Virus record (IMG/VR): IMGVR_UViG_3300047318_000482
Location: 26,526 to 90,525 of that record
DNA from: a virus
DNA length: 64,000 nucleotides
Reading direction: 5' to 3' (one strand)
Shown: positions 35,835-44,786 of the stretch, one piece after another
Layout: each line of letters opens with the position of its first letter
How positions within the stretch are numbered: the stretch's first letter is position 1
Program-made: the position numbers and the translations under genes
The notes under the pieces: model-generated
The model's database searches: none
Told to the model about the DNA's origin: nothing
What the model saw: the letters and a program-made list of their open reading frames with translations, nothing else

Positions 35835-36215
35835 TTATTCCTGGGTGAGCCAGTCGTTGTCGACGTCGTGGATGCCGGAGGCCGGGGAGGCGTTCACCTG
35901 TTCGTGGATGCCCTGGTGGGTGGCGACGGTCTCGTCGTGGCCGGCGCGGGCGAGGCGGGTGGTGGTGTCCCCGGCGGACGCGTACTTGATGGCTTGCTCG
36001 GACACCCCGGTCATCAGCTTGGCGAGGTGCTGGCATTCGGCGACGGTCTCGGGGTCGACGCGCTTTGCGCCGATCCCGTCGGCGACCCGGGCGGTGTCGG
36101 TGGCCTCCTGGTCGATGAACTGGGACCAGCCGCGGAGGTTTTCGGCGTCGGAGCCGATCTCCTTGGCGAAGTCGGTGACGTCGCGGACGAACTGCTCGTA
36201 GCGGAGGTCGGCCAC
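35835..36215 (-). CDS. Helical transfer-associated protein
   Basis: Directly upstream of traB; resembles the C-terminus of 36221..38050. Confidence 0.65.
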   Translation of the reverse strand: MADLRYEQFVRDVTDFAKEIGSDAENLRGWSQFIDQEATDTARVADGIGAKRVDPETVAECQHLAKLMTGVSEQAIKYASAGDTTTRLARAGHDETVATHQGIHEQVNASPASGIHDVDNDWLTQE

Positions 36216-36220
36216 CGCAA

Positions 36221-38050
36221 TCACTTCCTGTACCAGTTGAGTTCGGCGGGCTTGGTCAGGGGGCTGTCGCAGACGGCTTTGTAGATGCCGTCGTAGCGGA
36301 TGCTCACGTTGGTGAGGACGACCTGGGTGCCTTCGGCGGCGCGGACGACCCGCTTGTGGAGTTCCTGCGCTTCGCGGATCTGGATGGTCGCGGCCTCGTG
36401 GAGGCGGGTGAGGACGCCGATGAAGCGGTCGCCGCCTTCGGTCTTGAGGCTCTTGGCCATCTCGACGAACGTGAGGGCCTTCGCGGCCTGCTCCTCGGCG
36501 TGGGCCTGGAGCTGGCGGGTGCCTTCGGCGGCCTTGCCCATGCTGACGGCTTTCTCGCCCATGCGGCGCTCGTACTGCTTGAGGTTGCGGACCTCGCCGC
36601 GGGAGTACATCTGGCCGCCGTCAAGGACCACGTCCTTGTCGGTGACCTCCTTGACGTCGATGGGATGCGGGCCGGACGTCTGCTGGTCGTCGCTGGAGGC
36701 GGTCACGGGCTGGTCCTCCGGGTCTTGGGCGCGCTGCTGCTTGCGGGTGGCGTGGGCCTGGTCGAGGCGGGCCTTTTCACGGTCGGCGGCGTCGTTGATG
36801 TCGCGGTGGCCGTCTTTGAATCCGTCGCGGTAGGCGCGGACGTGGGCGGTGACGTGGGCGGTGCGGGCGCCGTCGCGGTAACCGGCTTCGCGGGAGGGCT
36901 GGGTGCGGATCGGGGTGCCGTCCGCCTTCTTGGGTGCGGTCTTGTCCGGGGTGGTCTTGTCCGGGGTGGTCTTGCCGAGCTTGCCGGGTCCGGTGCTGCC
37001 CTTGGGGGTCTTCTTCAGGCTGGCCTTCGTCCCGCCCACGTTCTCCTTGGGGGCGGTGGCGCTCGCCTGGCCGCCGCCGGTGCTCTTGGCATCGGGCTTC
37101 CGGGGGGTGTCCTTGCCTGCGGGCGCGGCCGCAGCGTCGGTCTTCGCTGCCGGTGCCGGCGTCTTCTTCAGGGAGTGCTTCGGCGTGGCCCCGCTGCCAT
37201 GGGTCTTGCTCTTCTTGTCCTTGGTGAGGCTGATGCCGGAGGAGTCGCCGCAGGTGGCCGTCTCCGTACGCGCGCCCGCGCCGGTTCCGGAGTTGTGCTT
37301 GGCGGGCGTCTTCCCGCCCTTGCCGCTGCCGGAACTGTCGGTACGACCACTCTTGTCCTTCCTCAGCGTCTTCGAGTCGGACTGGTGTCCTCCCGCTCCG
37401 TGACCGGACGTGCCGCTGCCTCCGCGGCCGCCACCGGAGCCGCCAGATCCCGTACCACCGCTTCCCGTTCCGGCCCCTGACCTGGTGCTCTTCGGACCCG
37501 TGCTGCCCTTTCCGCTCCCGGACTTCGAAGAGTTGTTGCGGGAGGGGCCGCTGGAGACGCCGCCACCGGAGTTTTTCGACTTGGAGTCGGTGGATTTACC
37601 GGACGCTGATCCAGAATTCGTGGAGCCGCCCACAAACTTCTCAGACCTGTTGACGGTGCGTGATTCCTTCGTCTGATATGCCTGCGCTTTCGCCTTCTGT
37701 ATGTCGAGGCGCTTGTTGCGGGCCTCACCACCTTTCTTCCACCGTTCAATGGCGGCGAGAGCGAAGGAACGCATGACACCGTTCTGCTGCTTCCCGCCGG
37801 CCTTCGAGCCCGCGTCGCCCTTGCCGTGGATGTCGTCCTGGTAGGTGGCGCTGGATGCACTGGTCAGGGCCTGCCCGTCGGTGTCGGTGGTGGCGGACGG
37901 GTCCAGGTTGAAGGAGGCGGAGGTCGGCCGGGCGGGCTCCAGGGGGGCGAGCAGGCCCAGGATGCCCTTGCCGGTGGCGGTGTCGGGGGTGTCGCTGGAG
38001 GGCTGTCCCGCGGGTACCGGGACGGCTGCCGGAGTGGTGTCGCTGGCCAT
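36221..38050 (-). CDS. Large low-complexity (G/S/K/T/P) transfer-associated protein
   Basis: ATG at 38050 after AAGGA; disordered core and helical C-terminal domain. Confidence 0.65.
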   Translation of the reverse strand: MASDTTPAAVPVPAGQPSSDTPDTATGKGILGLLAPLEPARPTSASFNLDPSATTDTDGQALTSASSATYQDDIHGKGDAGSKAGGKQQNGVMRSFALAAIERWKKGGEARNKRLDIQKAKAQAYQTKESRTVNRSEKFVGGSTNSGSASGKSTDSKSKNSGGGVSSGPSRNNSSKSGSGKGSTGPKSTRSGAGTGSGGTGSGGSGGGRGGSGTSGHGAGGHQSDSKTLRKDKSGRTDSSGSGKGGKTPAKHNSGTGAGARTETATCGDSSGISLTKDKKSKTHGSGATPKHSLKKTPAPAAKTDAAAAPAGKDTPRKPDAKSTGGGQASATAPKENVGGTKASLKKTPKGSTGPGKLGKTTPDKTTPDKTAPKKADGTPIRTQPSREAGYRDGARTAHVTAHVRAYRDGFKDGHRDINDAADREKARLDQAHATRKQQRAQDPEDQPVTASSDDQQTSGPHPIDVKEVTDKDVVLDGGQMYSRGEVRNLKQYERRMGEKAVSMGKAAEGTRQLQAHAEEQAAKALTFVEMAKSLKTEGGDRFIGVLTRLHEAATIQIREAQELHKRVVRAAEGTQVVLTNVSIRYDGIYKAVCDSPLTKPAELNWYRK

Positions 38051-38168
38051 CTCGTTCCTTACTGTGAGTAGTTCCTCCCGGACTCCCCCACCCGGAAGAG
38101 TGCGGATCACGTCCGTCCTGGTGGGGGGGGATCTTGCTGTTTTCGCTGCGGAAGGCCTCCGGGAGTAA

Positions 38169-38735
38169 CTACGTTGCGTTACTACGGCGGCCGCGCTGGA
38201 CCAGGTAGATGAGGCCGATGACACCCAGGCCGCCGGCCAGGAAGACGCCGTTGTTGATGCCGCCGGAGTGGTCGCTGGACGCCGCTGCGGTCTGCAGGTT
38301 CAGGTCGTCGCCGCTCGTGTACTGGGCCTGGCAGGCCTCCACGATGTCCCGGTAGGACGAGTCCAGGGACTTCCCCACCAGGTCCTTGCTGTTCGCCACA
38401 CAGGCGTCGATCTGCTTCTGCCGGACACTGACCGTGCTCGCCTTGGTCTTGTTGACCTGGCTCTGCAGCTTCAGCTTCTCCAGCTCGAGGAGGTCCTTCT
38501 TGTAGGCGATTTCCTGCGACTTCGCGGCGCTCTCTGCGGCGTCCGCCGAATACGCCTGGTAGCCGACCAGGCCACTCGTGGCGATAGCGGCCGCGCTCAG
38601 GGCCAGAGCGACCTTTCCGCGCGGTGTCAGACCGGCTTTGGTATTTGCCGGGCGGGCGCCGTAGGGCTGGGGGTCGATGGATTCCTGCGGGAATTGCGGG
38701 GCGACGATGCGGTCGAATTCGTCGGGGGCGTTCAC
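38169..38735 (-). CDS. Membrane protein (two TM, coiled coil)
   Basis: N- and C-terminal hydrophobic segments. Confidence 0.65.
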   Translation of the reverse strand: MNAPDEFDRIVAPQFPQESIDPQPYGARPANTKAGLTPRGKVALALSAAAIATSGLVGYQAYSADAAESAAKSQEIAYKKDLLELEKLKLQSQVNKTKASTVSVRQKQIDACVANSKDLVGKSLDSSYRDIVEACQAQYTSGDDLNLQTAAASSDHSGGINNGVFLAGGLGVIGLIYLVQRGRRSNAT

Positions 38736-38738
38736 GGG

Positions 38739-39254
38739 TTATTCTCCGTTCTTTCGGGCGGCGTGGGCGGATCGGGTGATGAGGTAGCTGACCTGCGGGA
38801 ATGTGCGGTCGGTGTGGTCGTTCCAGGCGTGGAAGGGTTCGTGGGCGCCGTGTTCGCGGAGCGTCTGCTGCATGTAGTCGACGGCGCGGGCGCGGCTGGT
38901 GGGGGTGACGTGTCCGGTGTGTTCGAGGAGGGTCTGGGCTCCGCGGATGCACATCCGGCCGGTCGGGGAGAAGTCCAGGGTGCGGGCCCAGCCGTAGCGC
39001 TGGAGGACGGCGAGGGTCTGGGCGAGGTGGTCGGAGGGGATGAGCGGGGTCGGGTTCTGCCACAGGCCCCAGGCTTCGGCCGTGTTGCGGATGCTGCGGG
39101 GCACGAGGAGGTGCCAGCGCGTCGGCCAGTCCGGGGCGACCGGCGCCGGCCGGGCCGGGACGGCGGCCGGCCGGGTGGGGGCGGTACGCGCGGGCGCCGC
39201 GGGCGGGGTGGCCGTCCGCGAGGCCTGCGGGCTGCGCGTGGGGGTGGCAGTCAT
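38739..39254 (-). CDS. DUF6197-like hypothetical protein
   Basis: L.RYGW...CIRGA...WND motif. Confidence 0.55.
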   Translation of the reverse strand: MTATPTRSPQASRTATPPAAPARTAPTRPAAVPARPAPVAPDWPTRWHLLVPRSIRNTAEAWGLWQNPTPLIPSDHLAQTLAVLQRYGWARTLDFSPTGRMCIRGAQTLLEHTGHVTPTSRARAVDYMQQTLREHGAHEPFHAWNDHTDRTFPQVSYLITRSAHAARKNGE

Positions 39255-40456
39255 CGGTCCGTGTTTCCCTTCCGGGACTTCTCGAAGGCCTCGTGCATTT
39301 CGTTGTAGAGCTCGCGGAGTGTCTGGTCGGATTCGCCGTATCCGCGGTCACGCCAGGCCTTGATGAAGGACCGCTGGGAGGGCTGTCCGAGGTCGGCGTA
39401 GACGCGGAAGGCGCGGGCCTTGCGCTCGGCGTCGGTTGCTGCGGGGTTCGAACGCGGCTGCGGCTTGTCGTCGTGCGGCTCGTGCGTGTCTTCGGCTCGG
39501 CTGGTGGGTGCGGCTTCGATAGCCGCGCTGGTCAGGAAGCTGAGCGAATCCGGAGAGGCCGCGTCCGTTCCTGCCGTTCCGGTGTTCGACCGCACGCCTC
39601 GCATGAGGGCCACGTCGAAGTGGTCGCCGCCGATCTGCATGCCCTTCTCGTAGGCGATGCGGTCGACGAGGCGGGCTTCCGCCATCTGCCGCTCGAAGCC
39701 TTCGAGGCCGTGGAGGGCGGCGCGGCCGGCCTTTACGAGGGCCTTCTTGTATGTGCCCCGTGTCATGAGGAACGGCTTGCCGACGGAATTCAGGCTGACG
39801 AATTTGTCGGCGGCGTTGCTGCGGGAGATGGCTTCGACGTCGGCGCCGCGGGATCCGATTCCGAGGCGGCTTTCGATCCGGTTCTTCTGGTCGCGCCACA
39901 GTCGGGCGAGGATGCCGTCGGACGTGATCTGGATCTTTCCGAGCTTGGCTTCGAGGCCGAGGAGCTTATGCAGGCCGTAGGCGAGCATCACGGGGCCGAC
40001 GATCCGGACGAGTGCGGTGCCGAGGTCCTCGTGCTCCTGGCGGACGACTTCGATGGCGCCGATCGCCTGGGCGAGGACGAGGACGTAGGCGGTGCGGGTG
40101 GCGCCCTTGTCGTTGAATGCCCAGGCGTACAGGGTCAGTCCGAGGACGATGCCCTCGAGCGTGAGGCCGACGGTGAGGGTCCAGGGGGCTTGCATGTGGA
40201 GTCGCTTCTCGGCGAAGCGGATCGAGGTGTTGGCGGAGAGGCCGAAGCCGAGGAGGACGACGAGGCCCATGCCGGCGAAGCCGGTGATGGTGCGGCGGTT
40301 CTTGCTGGCGTCCGGGGTGCGGTCGGTGGGGTGGGGGCTGCGCTTCTGGGCGATCCGGTAGCCGAGAGTGAGGGTGGTCAGAGCGAGCAGGGGGAGCAGG
40401 ACGGCCCATGCCTGTACGGGCATCTGCTCGACCGCGTTCTGCACTTGGGAAAGCAT
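39251..40456 (-). CDS. SpdB/DUF2637-like spreading membrane protein
   Basis: About 5 TM helices, GPV motif, C-terminal HTH-like region; in the tra operon. Confidence 0.55.
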   Translation of the reverse strand: MLSQVQNAVEQMPVQAWAVLLPLLALTTLTLGYRIAQKRSPHPTDRTPDASKNRRTITGFAGMGLVVLLGFGLSANTSIRFAEKRLHMQAPWTLTVGLTLEGIVLGLTLYAWAFNDKGATRTAYVLVLAQAIGAIEVVRQEHEDLGTALVRIVGPVMLAYGLHKLLGLEAKLGKIQITSDGILARLWRDQKNRIESRLGIGSRGADVEAISRSNAADKFVSLNSVGKPFLMTRGTYKKALVKAGRAALHGLEGFERQMAEARLVDRIAYEKGMQIGGDHFDVALMRGVRSNTGTAGTDAASPDSLSFLTSAAIEAAPTSRAEDTHEPHDDKPQPRSNPAATDAERKARAFRVYADLGQPSQRSFIKAWRDRGYGESDQTLRELYNEMHEAFEKSRKGNTDR

Positions 40457-40492
40457 GGGCGGGTCCTTCCTGGGTGGGCCGGTGACGGGAGG

Positions 40493-40684
40493 TCAGGCGG
40501 CAGGGGTGGTGGTCATGTTGGCGGCGATCTGTTCGAGGGCGGCGCCGATGCGGTCGAGGGCGGTGGCAATGGCGAGCTGAGAGTGGATACCAGCGATGTC
40601 GGTCTGCTTGGTGGTGGGGCGGTGGAAGCCGGTCTCGGGGACGAGGGCGTTGAGGGCGGTGGCGACGTGGTTGGCGGTGGCCAT
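40493..40684 (-). CDS. Small hypothetical protein
   Basis: Coupled ORF. Confidence 0.55.
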   Translation of the reverse strand: MATANHVATALNALVPETGFHRPTTKQTDIAGIHSQLAIATALDRIGAALEQIAANMTTTPAA

Positions 40685-40866
40685 CAGGCGGAGGCCTTCT
40701 GTTCGGTGGTGGGCTGCTGGGTCCAGCGGTCGGCGGTGGTCTTGAGGGCTTTGTGCCAGTCGCCGGTGTAGGCGGCGGTGCCGGGCGGGATGTCGGAGCC
40801 GATGATTTGGAAGACCCGCATGCGGGCTTCGTCGTCTGTCACGGTCGTCAGGTCGGTGGTGGCCAT
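40684..40866 (-). CDS. Small hypothetical protein
   Basis: MATTDLTT... after GAAGGA. Confidence 0.55.
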   Translation of the reverse strand: MATTDLTTVTDDEARMRVFQIIGSDIPPGTAAYTGDWHKALKTTADRWTQQPTTEQKASA

Positions 40867-40910
40867 GGCGGGTCCTTCCGGTGCGGGTGCGGGCGGGTGG
40901 TTGGGGTGGG

Positions 40911-41024
40911 TCAGCCGCAGGCGGCGCAGACGCCGCCGTTCCAGTCGTCGAACCAGTAGCCGCAGACGCTGCACTGGCCGGAGTTCGCGACCAGGTGCCA
41001 CAGGCGGATCAGTTGCTTCTTCAT
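40911..41024 (-). CDS. 37-aa Cys-rich microprotein
   Basis: MKKQLIRLWHLVANSGQCSVCGYWFDDWNGGVCAACG after AAGGAG. Confidence 0.6.
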   Translation of the reverse strand: MKKQLIRLWHLVANSGQCSVCGYWFDDWNGGVCAACG

Positions 41025-41125
41025 CGGGGTGGTTCTCCTTCCGGTGGTGCAGGGTGGGCGGGTGGTTGCTGGTCGGACTCGGCACCGCCCCACCGTGGTC
41101 GGGGCTGGGGCGGCACCGGGCTCGG

Positions 41126-41311
41126 TCAGCCGGGCTGAGTGGTGCGGAAGTCGTGCTCGGTCGCGCCCAGGGACCGGGCGGTGTCCGTCTTGTCGAGTGC
41201 GGTCTGAAGGGCAGTCCCGGCTTCTGTGGAGTCGGGGCCCCAGGTTTTGATGGCGGTGGTGGCGACGTGGATGGCGTTGACGGCGTTCTGAACGGCCTGT
41301 CCGCGCTTCAT
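41126..41311 (-). CDS. Small hypothetical protein
   Basis: RBS GGAAGGA. Confidence 0.5.
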   Translation of the reverse strand: MKRGQAVQNAVNAIHVATTAIKTWGPDSTEAGTALQTALDKTDTARSLGATEHDFRTTQPG

Positions 41312-41329
41312 ACGGCTGGTCCTTCCTGG

Positions 41330-41722
41330 TCAGAGCGGGTTGAGGTCGTAGCCGGCTTCGTAGATGAGGCCGGCGGCCTCGTTGGTGTAGTCGCGCGGCG
41401 CGAACTCGGCGACGGTGAACGCGTGCTGCTCGCCGAGGTGCTGGATGGCCTTGCGGGTCTGTTCGTCCAGCCCGTCCAGGGCCCGGTTGTCGGGCCCGGT
41501 CAGGGTCGTCACGGCGAGGGCGAACAGGTGGGTGATGTCGGGGGTGTCGGGGCTGGCGATGGTGGAGAGCAGGGTTTGGGTGGCGTCCGGACTGATCCGG
41601 CCCGCCCGGGCGGCGGCGTCGAGTTCGGTGAGGCCGTCGAGGATCTGGCTGATGCCGGGAATCCAGCGGAGGCCCTCGAAGTCGAGGAGCGCGTCACCGA
41701 GTTCGCTGTCGCGGCCGGCCAT
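41330..41722 (-). CDS. Hypothetical protein
   Basis: Coupled ORF. Confidence 0.6.
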   Translation of the reverse strand: MAGRDSELGDALLDFEGLRWIPGISQILDGLTELDAAARAGRISPDATQTLLSTIASPDTPDITHLFALAVTTLTGPDNRALDGLDEQTRKAIQHLGEQHAFTVAEFAPRDYTNEAAGLIYEAGYDLNPL

Positions 41723-41964
41723 CAGGAGTCGTCCTCATCCGCGTAAGGGTCGGCGATCTCGCCGAACCAGTCGTCCAGGGCCTGGATCACGTACAGCGCA
41801 TCCGTTTGTGCGTCATCCAGGACGACGCGGGTCATCTCCCGCGGGTCCAGGAGCATGAACACGTCGGTGACGTCTGCGTACAGCTGCCGGCTCCGGTGAG
41901 CGACGGCGGATGCCGTCCACTCTCCCGAGTCGATGTCTTCGAAGTGCGGGCCCTGGCCGATCAC
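41722..41964 (-). CDS. Hypothetical protein
   Basis: GTGA overlap with upstream gene. Confidence 0.55.
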   Translation of the reverse strand: MIGQGPHFEDIDSGEWTASAVAHRSRQLYADVTDVFMLLDPREMTRVVLDDAQTDALYVIQALDDWFGEIADPYADEDDS

Positions 41965-42188
41965 GCCGTCACCGCCTTCACGATGACGAGGAAGGAGTCG
42001 GTGGAGAGGTCCATGACGACCTCGGCGGGCTGTCCGGCGACGCGGCGGTCGGCGGCGAAGTCCTCCGCCAGCCACGACCCGCGCGGGGCGCCAGCGGGGA
42101 AACGCTCGAGGACGGTGGGGGCGACCCGGTGGACGTTGTCACCCGGGTGCGGCGCCCTGGGAAGGGTTGCTGTGCGATCCTTCTTCAC
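41961..42188 (-). CDS. Hypothetical protein (first gene of spd/tra operon)
   Basis: GTG after AGGAGG; PRGSW.AE.FA..RR..G..A.VVMD. Confidence 0.6.
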   Translation of the reverse strand: MKKDRTATLPRAPHPGDNVHRVAPTVLERFPAGAPRGSWLAEDFAADRRVAGQPAEVVMDLSTDSFLVIVKAVTA

Positions 42189-42341
42189 GGGATCAGCCTC
42201 CTGTTGTGGCAGGTAGGGCGGTTCCAAGTCCATTGCGGTGTTCCACCACCGCGCCGGACACGCGACCCCGGTCCGGCGAAAGCTGGCTCGGGGTCGTGCT
42301 GTATGTCCAGTAGACCACTGATATAGACTTGGGTCAACATC

Positions 42342-42635
42342 ATGGTGCAAGATGAGGGTGTGCCGAAGGAATCCGACGAAGGGAGGCCGCCAGAGATGGT
42401 GACGCTCGCCGAGATCGCGAGACGCGTTGATCTCAGCAAGCAACGGGTCCAGCAGCTCGCGCACAAAGACCCGGACTTCCCGATCCCGAAGGAGCAGTGG
42501 CAGAAGGTCGGCCGCTACTACTTCCTCCCTTGGGAGCCGGTGAAGGCGTACTTCGAGTCCAGGAATCCCGAACACGGGGTCCACTTCGCCAAGCGGGCAG
42601 AGCGCCGCAAGGCTGATGGGGACGACGCGTCGTGA
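42342..42635 (+). CDS. AlpA/excisionase-like HTH regulator divergent from the tra operon
   Basis: VTLAEIARRV.LSKQRVQQL...DPDFP. Confidence 0.65.
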   Translation: MVQDEGVPKESDEGRPPEMVTLAEIARRVDLSKQRVQQLAHKDPDFPIPKEQWQKVGRYYFLPWEPVKAYFESRNPEHGVHFAKRAERRKADGDDAS

Positions 42636-42717
42636 TGCCACGGCCGAGGCTCCTGGAGTCGGGGATCTGTTCTGACTCCATGCCAGCACCGGTCATAGGC
42701 CTCGGAGTTGAGGCGAG

Positions 42718-42751
42718 TGTTGGCAGTCGTGGCCAAAGGAATCTGCCAACA
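42718..42751. promoter_or_regulatory. Inverted repeat, putative operator
   Basis: TGTTGGCAG-N16-CTGCCAACA upstream of the XRE regulator. Confidence 0.45.
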
Positions 42752-42828
42752 GGTCAGGTTCCGACATCACGTCGCATAAGCGGCATCACGCACTCCCGTT
42801 CGGATCGGAGAGGAGGAACACTCACCGC

Positions 42829-44034
42829 ATGACGACCTTCCCGGAGCTGCTTCGCGGACTGCGCATGGAAGCCCGCATGTCGCTGGCTTGCCTGGCGCGG
42901 CAGGTGCACTACGACCGCACGTCTCTGCACCACTTCGAGTCCGGCCGCAGACCAGCGCCACTCGAGGTCGCGGAGCTCGCCGACGAGGCGCTGGCCGCCA
43001 ATGGCCGGCTCGTCGCAGCGTGGACCCGGGAAGACGTAGAGCGGCGGGAGGCTGCCGCCACGCACAGGGTGCGGGCCGCAGCGTTGGCCATGTCGCGGGA
43101 TCTGACCGCCTTGGCGGACCTGGACATCGCGGAGCTGCAGGACGGGGTGGCCGTGACCGCGGTCGACTACCTGGCCTCTCCCCCGGGTCCGATGATGGAC
43201 CGTGCGCACGTGCTGCGCGGCGAGGCGTTCGAGCGGATCCGGTCCGGGCATCACCGGCCGGCTGACCGTTCGGACCTGTACGTCGCTGCCGGACGCCTGT
43301 CCGGGGTGTTGTCGTACGCGCTGCTCGACATGGGCGACTCAGATGAGGCGCTCGAGCACGCCACCGCGGCGGGCCGGTGCGCCGAGTTCGCCGGAGATGC
43401 GGAGCTGTCCGCGTGGGTGGCCGGCACGAAGTCCCTGATCGCCCGCTTCCAGGGCGACTACGGGCGCGCGCTGGACTACGTGCGAGACGGATACCAGTGG
43501 GTCGGGGCCGGGCACGGCACCGGCGAGGCACGCCTTCGGTGCGGTGAGGCCCAGTGCCTCGCCAACTTGGGCGACAGCCGGGCCGCGAACCACGCCCTGG
43601 ACGGCGCCGAAAACGCCCGGGAGCGCATCCGCCGACCGGACACCCTGGAGGGCCTGTTCGGGTTCTCGAGAGCGAAGCAGTCCTACTACGCCGGATCCTC
43701 GCTGATCTGGCTGCAAGGCGGCCACGACGCGGAACGCGCGGCGCGGGAAGCCCTCGAGGCGATCAGCCTGTGGCAGTCCGGTCCGGTGGAGGAGCGGTCG
43801 CTGGACGACGAGCGGCTGGCGTTCATCTACCTGGCCACGGCCCGGGTGCAACTCGACGACGTGGAGGGTGCGGCCGAAGCCCTGGCACCGGTGCTGTCGT
43901 TGCCAGTGGAAGACCAGATTTCGTGGATCGTGAAGCGGATGGACCGGGTGGCGGGAATGCTCAGCGCACCCCGGTACACGGGGAACCGGACTGCGTCCGA
44001 GACTGTCGAGAAGATCAACGCCATCGCGGCGTGA
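42829..44034 (+). CDS. XRE-family HTH regulator with TPR-like C-terminus
   Basis: LRGLR...SL..LA..V.Y....L..FESGRR; helical repeats. Confidence 0.8.
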   Translation: MTTFPELLRGLRMEARMSLACLARQVHYDRTSLHHFESGRRPAPLEVAELADEALAANGRLVAAWTREDVERREAAATHRVRAAALAMSRDLTALADLDIAELQDGVAVTAVDYLASPPGPMMDRAHVLRGEAFERIRSGHHRPADRSDLYVAAGRLSGVLSYALLDMGDSDEALEHATAAGRCAEFAGDAELSAWVAGTKSLIARFQGDYGRALDYVRDGYQWVGAGHGTGEARLRCGEAQCLANLGDSRAANHALDGAENARERIRRPDTLEGLFGFSRAKQSYYAGSSLIWLQGGHDAERAAREALEAISLWQSGPVEERSLDDERLAFIYLATARVQLDDVEGAAEALAPVLSLPVEDQISWIVKRMDRVAGMLSAPRYTGNRTASETVEKINAIAA

Positions 44035-44245
44035 ACGAAGGGAGAAGTGCAGGTGCGTAGCCCGCCCTGAACAGCAGAGACGGCCGAGCCGAGTTGCCTC
44101 GGTCGACCGTCTCCGCGCCGGCGTACTGCGAATACGAACCGGCGTAGACCGACCAACCCATGCAAGGAAGGCAGTCACAGATGACTCTACTTGTTGGCGA
44201 TCCTCTCGCGCTGCCACCGGTCCAGACCGATTTGGTGGAGGAACG

Positions 44246-44551
44246 TTGAGAGAGCCCGACCCGAGAACCCTCACGGGCACACCGCCCGTCGTCACCTTCT
44301 CCACCGGCGCTGACCTGCTGGTCCGGCTCGGCCTGGCGAAGAACATGACCCGCGAGGGCGTCCGCCGCCTCTCCAGACACCCCGACTGGCCGTTCGGCCC
44401 AGACCGCGAATACCCGTACTGGGACCTCGCGAACGCGGACGTCATGGAGACGAAACCGTTCCTCCGATTCTTCGAGGACCACCCCATTGTGGGGCGCGGT
44501 CCCGACAAGGAGCCAGGACGGCGTAGCAGCAAGGCGCCGGAAGACGAGTAA
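44246..44551 (+). CDS. Small HTH DNA-binding protein
   Basis: TTG start after GGAGG; MTREGVRRLSRHPDWPF. Confidence 0.55.
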   Translation: MREPDPRTLTGTPPVVTFSTGADLLVRLGLAKNMTREGVRRLSRHPDWPFGPDREYPYWDLANADVMETKPFLRFFEDHPIVGRGPDKEPGRRSSKAPEDE

Positions 44552-44786
44552 CGGTCGCGTCTCCGACCAGCTCAGATCGCAGCCTGAGCCCGGAAACGCC
44601 GAACGGCCGGCTAGAGGTCGCAGCGCCTCGTACCCGGCCGTCCAAAGCAGCACCAGCGGATTTGGCGTCCGCTAGCTGATTGAGTTCCACCCAACGAAAG
44701 GGAGCCTCGATGCTGAGGGTACCCGTACCACCCAGTCTGTCGACAAGTAGCCCCCACATGATCCTCCGCACGGCGGAGGCCAGGGG

